Shown: positions 58,378 to 64,000 of the stretch, piece by piece
Numbering within the stretch: position 1 is the stretch's first letter
How the letters are laid out: the number at the start of each line of letters is the position of its first letter
Source of the DNA: an uncultured Bacilli bacterium
Lineage (GTDB): Bacteria > Bacillota_I > Bacilli_A > RF39 > UBA660
Direction: 5' to 3'
Assembly (NCBI GenBank): GCA_963929435.1
Contig: CAWVIV010000006.1
Coordinates: forward strand, 2,535 to 66,534
DNA length: 64,000 bases
Made by a program: the position numbers and the translations under genes
The notes under the pieces: model-generated
What the model was told of the DNA's origin: nothing
Seen by the model: the letters and a program-made list of their open reading frames with translations, nothing else
Database searches by the model: none

Positions 58378-58403
58378 GAGGCAAATGAGGAGTCATTTGC
58401 CTC
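58378..58403. other. Perfect 11-bp stem, 4-nt loop hairpin/cruciform without U-tract
   Basis: GAGGCAAATGA-GGAG-TCATTTGCCTC, immediately 3' of the surface-protein gene. Confidence 0.85.
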
Positions 58404-60037
58404 ATTCTACTAGAAATACATAAATTTTCTACAGTCCCATCTCCAGACGTAAACCCGTTATCAGTGGTCACATTGATAACTGGACGGACGGCGCTGTTGT
58501 CATCTCACATTGTAGTTACGCAGAGACTCATACTCAGCCCATACATAAGCATACCATCACTCGAAAGAGGCCGGCGTCATACTCCAATAATACATTTCAG
58601 AATCCCCAGGATTTAAATAACTATCTGTTGTTACTCCAAGATTTTCTCCTCCTAAAACTAATTCATCTGCTGTTATTAATCCTGCTTTTAATCTATAACT
58701 TCCTCCATAACTTTCACTTGTACTGGACACTTCAAAGTTGGACTATTTTCTTTTGCATATCCTGTTACTAATTGGCTAATCTATCATAACTTGCAAAAAC
58801 ATTATAATTCATAGAAGGAAAACCATAGTCAGTGTCTTTTTTATATCCACTACTATCACTACAGAACCTTCCTCCTAATACCTTACTATCATAACTACTA
58901 CTTCCTAAGGTATTTTTATACCATGTATCTACTTCTTTCTTTATAAAACTATCTGTTCCATTATCATATGTATATCCTGTGTATTTTGAATCATTATACT
59001 CTAAATTATATGGACTTATTCCTACTACATAAGAATGTGCTAAATCACTATTATCTGGATTTGCACTTGTTCCATTATATATTAATCTTAAACTTCCATC
59101 TCCATTAACTCTTACTATCTTCCAGTACATCTTATCTCCTGCACTAGCTAAGCTTTACTCTAGTACGTTCACTACATCTACTATTACCTGCTTCAGGACA
59201 ACTAGATGCTCAACTTTGAGAAATATCTAGTCGTTATTACCTTGATAAACATAATAATCACTTGTCATACTCTCCAAACTGAACATTGTTATTATCTGAC
59301 ATTTCCTCTATAAGTAATAACTTGTTCCATCTTCATCTTCCATACTATATAACCCATTTGTTACATATTCTGGATTATTTTGTGGACCAGAACTCATATC
59401 TAAATAGTTTCCATTACTTGCATAATTAAACATATCTTCAGGTCCCTTCTTGTAGTTCATTATCTTCAAGTATTTGTTTTAATGCTAAAGACTTTTGTTC
59501 TCTATCATAACTTGTTACTACTATCTTACTCTTATATTCTTTTCCTTGAGCAGAGTTGTCTGCATCATTATCTAACCACATCCATAAAGTATATGTTACT
59601 TTATCACCCGGCTCTAATACTTCTTCACTCTTTATGTTAAATGTACCTGTTCCATACATATTTACATTTGATATTCCACTATCATACCCTTTATTATTCG
59701 TTAATTTCATTCTTATATAACTATTATCTAAAGTATTAGTATCCTCTTCTTCTAAAGATACATGATAATAAGCATTTATATTACCAGTATTAGTTATAGT
59801 AAAAGTATATGGTGTTAACTTTTGACCTTGTGCATCAGAGATAGGAGCTGCATTATCTAAATTTATATAATTACCATCAGTAAAATCTACTTTTAATATA
59901 CCTGCTGTTAAAGTAATAGCCTTATCTCCTTCTATAGTCATAGTAAGTAACGCATAACTCGCTCCTAATAATGCTACTACACTTACTACTATTGTTACTA
60001 TTACTAATACAATATATTTTTTTCTTGTTTTATTCAT
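58400..60037 (-). pseudogene. Secreted/surface protein (SipW-type-like N-terminus, C-terminal lectin-like YW..TP...VRPVIN domain), multiply frameshifted
   Basis: ORF pieces 59438-60037 and 58768-59130 plus further frames: GASYA|, YTFTITNTG, YWKIVRVNGDGSLRLIY, YWSMTP, AVRPVIN, GDGT. Confidence 0.7.
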
Positions 60038-60040
60038 AAC

Positions 60041-60409
60041 TTACTCCCCATCCTTAGTTTCATAATTATCACAGACCAAATGAGCTTTATATAAATATTC
60101 ATCTTCTTTAGTCTTTTCTACTTCTACATAACTTTTCGTAATATCACAACTATTACCATCAATGTCTTTCACATCATCTAAGTATTTTTCAAGTACTAAG
60201 GCACTTAATAAAACCCTAGTATCATCATTAACCTTCTTAGGTAAATAATTGCTATAAAAAGAAAAATACTTTTCACTAGCTTTAATCATTAATTTTTCTT
60301 TTTCATTATAATATTCTAAATCATTAGCATTATCCAATTTTATAATACCATTTATAATTAATAACACTAATATCAATGCAATAATAATAACAACTATTTT
60401 TTTAATCAT
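60041..60409 (-). CDS. Membrane-anchored hypothetical protein resembling the globular part of the pilin at 53262
   Basis: N-terminal TM; V.LS.LV...YL...D..G..C....SY.V......Y.A.L.C pattern; no G|F..E cleavage motif. Confidence 0.55.
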   Translation of the reverse strand: MIKKIVVIIIALILVLLIINGIIKLDNANDLEYYNEKEKLMIKASEKYFSFYSNYLPKKVNDDTRVLLSALVLEKYLDDVKDIDGNSCDITKSYVEVEKTKEDEYLYKAHLVCDNYETKDGE

Positions 60410-61014
60410 TTTCTCTTTCTTGATTTTCTTTTAGAAGGTACTATTAATTCTTTAGTATCATAATTTATTAAAATAATAGATATCATTGCCTCTATCATTA
60501 TAGTAACAAAATATGTTCTCCAAAAAGCATCTACCATAGTCATTCTACTAATAAATAACATGCTAATTAAATTATCTACTAACATGGCGAATATATAGGT
60601 TGCAAGTATTGCTAACTTATTACCATCTGTATTCATATACAAATAATAATAAATAGTCAAGTTAATCATTTGACTTGCAAGATAACCAAATATTTCTCCA
60701 GTTACAGGAACATAATCAACATTATGTTCACCTAAAAGACTTGCTGCTATCATAAATAGCAACATTAAACAAGCAGAATAACTAATACCATTCATTGTCT
60801 CCTTATATCCATATTTTTTAGTTATAATATTTGCAATAAAATATCTAAATGGGTATGCAAATATGGCCACAGTTAATGTTGCTTTCCCTATATTAAACTC
60901 AAATTTACCTAGAACCCAACCTAAAATAGCAACTGCTGTAAGTAAAAGAATATATATCCAACTAGGTACTTCTTCTTTTTTTATTATTGCTTTTCTAGCA
61001 CTCCCTTTTGTCAT
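60406..61014 (-). CDS. VUT/YhhQ-like (queuosine precursor) transporter family
   Basis: AIFAYPFRYFIANIITKKYG, GYLASQMIN, LVDNLI; about 6 TMs. Confidence 0.65.
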   Translation of the reverse strand: MTKGSARKAIIKKEEVPSWIYILLLTAVAILGWVLGKFEFNIGKATLTVAIFAYPFRYFIANIITKKYGYKETMNGISYSACLMLLFMIAASLLGEHNVDYVPVTGEIFGYLASQMINLTIYYYLYMNTDGNKLAILATYIFAMLVDNLISMLFISRMTMVDAFWRTYFVTIMIEAMISIILINYDTKELIVPSKRKSRKRK

Positions 61015-61084
61015 TTAAACTCCTCCTATTCTTATAAAATAACTATAGCACAAAAAAAAGAAAAGTAAAAGACCTTTTCTCTTC

Positions 61085-61544
61085 TTATTTACAAGTAAAT
61101 CCAGAATCTTCAGCTTCTTTTTTAGTATCTTCATAAGTTGCATTTTCATCTGTTATTCCATCTAAGTTATACTCTGCTAGAGCATCATCACTTGCTTTTT
61201 TCTAAATCAATTTCTAATGATACATTATAGATATGATTATCTGTATCATTATCAGTAGATAATTTAACTCCATCTTCATTAGATTCTTTAAATTGCGAAT
61301 CCAAAATAGACACAAACATATCCCAATTATCAATAATAGTATCATCTGTCGCTTCATTATCAATACTCATTTTAACATAACTAATCTTGTCATCTTTAAA
61401 AGTCATAGTTACTTCTTGACTCATTTTAAGGCCACTATCTTCTTCACTATTTGTACAAGTTAGAGTTTTTTCATTATTACCACAGCCTGTTATAAGTAGT
61501 ACTGACACTGCTAGAATACCAAATAATTTTACTCCTCTCACCAT
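61085..61544 (-). pseudogene. Lipoprotein split by a +1 frameshift in an A6 run
   Basis: Lipobox LLITGC, KTLTCT. Removing one T of 61196-61201 gives a 153-codon ORF ending EDSGFTCK. Confidence 0.75.
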
Positions 61545-61626
61545 TTTCACCTCCATCTACTTCTAGTATGAATTATATAAGAGAAAAAGGCAAGAAATAT
61601 TTTTAATAGTTATATTATTTTACATA

Positions 61627-62910
61627 TTAAGGCTTTAAAGCAGTTATTGGAATAATATAAATACCTGTTTCTTCATCTTTAATAATTGCACTATAATTAC
61701 CAACTATTATACACATAAATTTTGGTTTCTTACTTACATTATTATAAAATTTTAATAAACTTTCTTTAGCGGAATCTATACTTCTATAATTTAATTTTAT
61801 TTCAATCGCTGCATATTCTCCATCTTTGAATTCTAAAATAGCATCTACTTCATCACCACTTGCATTATCTCTAAAATGATATAAATGTCCATCTAAATAA
61901 TCCATATAAATTCTTAAATCTCTTTCAACTAATGCTTCAAACATTAAACCAAAGGTATTAAAATCATGCATTAGTTTATCTACTGATAAATCTAGTAGTG
62001 CACAACTTAATGATGGATCAACTAAATGCCTTTTGGCAGATTTTCCAATTCTTTTAGAAGATCTATAATTTATACTATAAGCTTCTTGATTAGCAGTTAG
62101 ATATAGAGCATCTAAAGCACTAATATAATCGGCTACTGTTTTTCTGCTTTCAATTAAATCATTACTATTTTCATTTTCTGCTATATCTTTTACAATAGTA
62201 TCATTACCAATAGGTGATGACTCATTTCTTGCAAGTGACTTTAAAATCATTCTCATTTTATTAGAATCTCTTTTATGATCTTTTCTTTCATGAATATCTT
62301 TATTTATAATAGTTTCAATATAATTACTTGGTATAATATCAATATCGCTAGAATCAATGTTAATGTTTTCTGGCCAACCTCCTCTTATTATTAGACTTGC
62401 TAGTTCATCAAGTTCATATTTTTTAACAGCTTTACCTACTTTTTTATTATTAAGCATATCTGTTAAACTAATATCTCCACTTGAATCACCTGATTCATAA
62501 AGACTCATAGGATACATTTTTAAAGTAGCAATTCTTCCGGCTCCAGAATGAAATACTTCTTCCTCCTTCTCTTCTTTAGTAAGAGTAGTAGAACCAGTTA
62601 GAATAAATTTTCCTTTATTGTGATCGCTATCACATTCATGTCTAACTGAATCCCATATACTAGGTACTAATTGCCATTCATCAATTAACTCTGGTCTAAG
62701 GTCTTCAAATATATATTTTGGATTAGCTTTTGCTAAGTCTCTCTTATCTTTTTCTGTCATATAAACAACACTATTAGCATGATTTAGTGAAGTCCAAGTC
62801 TTCCCAGACCCTCTTGGTCCTTCTATCGAAACTGCTCCAAAAATTTTTAAATACTTTGATAATTTGTCATCAATCAATCTTTTACTATAGTTTTCTTTTG
62901 TTAAGCTCAT
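61627..62910 (-). CDS. AAA_14/DUF4143 ATP-binding protein (second subfamily)
   Basis: GPRGSGKT, IDEWQ, FILTGS, HSGAGRI, RGGWP, KRHLVDPS, FEALV, EVDAI, IEIK. Confidence 0.9.
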   Translation of the reverse strand: MSLTKENYSKRLIDDKLSKYLKIFGAVSIEGPRGSGKTWTSLNHANSVVYMTEKDKRDLAKANPKYIFEDLRPELIDEWQLVPSIWDSVRHECDSDHNKGKFILTGSTTLTKEEKEEEVFHSGAGRIATLKMYPMSLYESGDSSGDISLTDMLNNKKVGKAVKKYELDELASLIIRGGWPENINIDSSDIDIIPSNYIETIINKDIHERKDHKRDSNKMRMILKSLARNESSPIGNDTIVKDIAENENSNDLIESRKTVADYISALDALYLTANQEAYSINYRSSKRIGKSAKRHLVDPSLSCALLDLSVDKLMHDFNTFGLMFEALVERDLRIYMDYLDGHLYHFRDNASGDEVDAILEFKDGEYAAIEIKLNYRSIDSAKESLLKFYNNVSKKPKFMCIIVGNYSAIIKDEETGIYIIPITALKP

Positions 62911-62934
62911 GTTTATCACCTTTCTTATATTGAT

Positions 62935-63082
62935 ATTATATAACACCATTGTCCACTTTTCAAGTATTTCATTACCCACTTTTCAGTTTTTTATTACCCA
63001 CTTTTCAAAAACCACTGTTATTATTGTGCAGTTTTCTACAATTTTGTTGTGCAGTTTTCTTGAACTAGACAGTGCAACTTTC
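62935..63082 (-). promoter_or_regulatory. Promoter (TTGAAA-17-TATAAT) with upstream phased direct repeats
   Basis: -10 at 62940-62935, -35 at 62963-62958. CCACTTTTCA at 62953, 62976 and 62998; TGCA(G/A)(T/C)TTTC at 63027, 63050 and 63073. Confidence 0.65.
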
Positions 63083-63159
63083 ACCATTAATATTATTAAA
63101 CTAATAAAGAAAGTTATACTTTTATTTTTTTATGAATAAGTTTTATTAGGTGAAGTTTC

Positions 63160-64000
63160 ATGAAGAAAGTATTAGTTATATTATTACTCTTTTTAGTACC
63201 CTTAAATGTTATTAGTAAAGAAGATACTTTTGACACGGCTAGAAGTAGTATTATAGTCGACTTAAACAGTGGTCGTGTTTTATATGAAAATAATGCTGAT
63301 GAAGAGAGATTAATCGCATCAATTACTAAGATAATGACTTGTATTATCGCTATAGAAGAAGGAGATTTAGATAAAGAGATTAAAGCGGGAGAAGAAATAC
63401 TTAAGATGTATGGGACTAGTATTTATTTAGAGTTAAATGAAAAGATGAAGTTAATTGATTTACTCTATGGCCTTATGCTTAGAAGTGGAAATGATGCATC
63501 AGTTGTAATTGCAAAAACCGTAGCAGGAAGTGAAGAAGACTTTGTTAAAATGATGAATAAAAAAGCTAAAGAGATTGGTATGACTAATACTACTTTTAGT
63601 AATCCTCATGGTCTTGATGAAGAGACTAAGAACTACTCTACGGCAAAGAGATATGGCAAAATTATCAAGATATGCTTATAAAAATAAGACTTATAGAAAA
63701 ATAATTGGTACTGAAGAATACCATGTAAAGACTCTTAATAAGAGTTATCTTTGGTATAATAGAATGAAACTATTAGGAGATTATAAATACTGTACTGGTG
63801 GTAAAAATGGTTATACTCCTAGTGCTGGTAAGACTCTTGTTACTATTAATAAAAAGAATGATTTAAACATAACTATTGTTACTTTAGATGATAATGATGA
63901 GTATAATAATCATGAAAGATTAGCAGAATATGCTTTTGATAATTATAGTAACTATAATATTGTTGATAAAAATGATTTTGACCTAGTTATAGATGATAAT
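63160..64000 (+). pseudogene. D-alanyl-D-alanine carboxypeptidase (peptidase S11), +1 frameshift near 63645, runs off window
   Basis: SxxK (ASITK), SGN, NPHGL. Removing one A in GCAAAGAGAT restores STARDMAKL...GGKNGYT. Confidence 0.85.

Noticed and set aside
687-63139. Short ORFs antisense to or overlapping real genes (e.g. 687-953, 6557-7006, 24267-25856 set, 38032-38364, 41090-41317, 53072-53320, 62909-63139)
   Set aside because: Shadow frames of well-supported genes, with no RBS or motifs. Those in the GH25 gene simply mirror its repeats.

Overview
Very AT-rich chromosomal segment of a low-GC Firmicute, read in genetic code 11. Gene style and content suggest an uncultured Bacilli lineage such as RF39, but this is inference. 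Bases ~7.5-36.7 kb hold a large minus-strand cell-surface glycan region: a Wzm/Wzt-exported polymer operon (pyruvyltransferase, two GT4-type enzymes, a HAD + phosphoribosyltransferase fusion matching ribofuranosyltransferases, and an in-operon PRPP synthetase), several GT2/GtrA/GT-C-like decoration genes, a ligase-GT4 fusion and a repeat-rich GH25 muramidase. Housekeeping genes (ldh, ppdK, pyrH, htpG with a CIRCE box, miaA, mutL, uvrC, a D,D-carboxypeptidase) are interspersed with four decayed IS elements and several defence-like modules. These modules are a CptIN-type type III toxin-antitoxin locus with covarying 50-nt pseudoknot repeats; a solo AbiEii-like nucleotidyltransferase followed by an unrecognised multi-hairpin RNA leader and a BECR-like RNase; and an Rpn-type nuclease with an internal start plus a free-standing copy of its C-terminal module. 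A surface-protein gene ends in a GC-rich segment and a hairpin resembling a diversity-generating-retroelement target. Several genes, including mutL, carry single-base frameshifts that may be assembly errors. No rRNA, tRNA or CRISPR array was seen.
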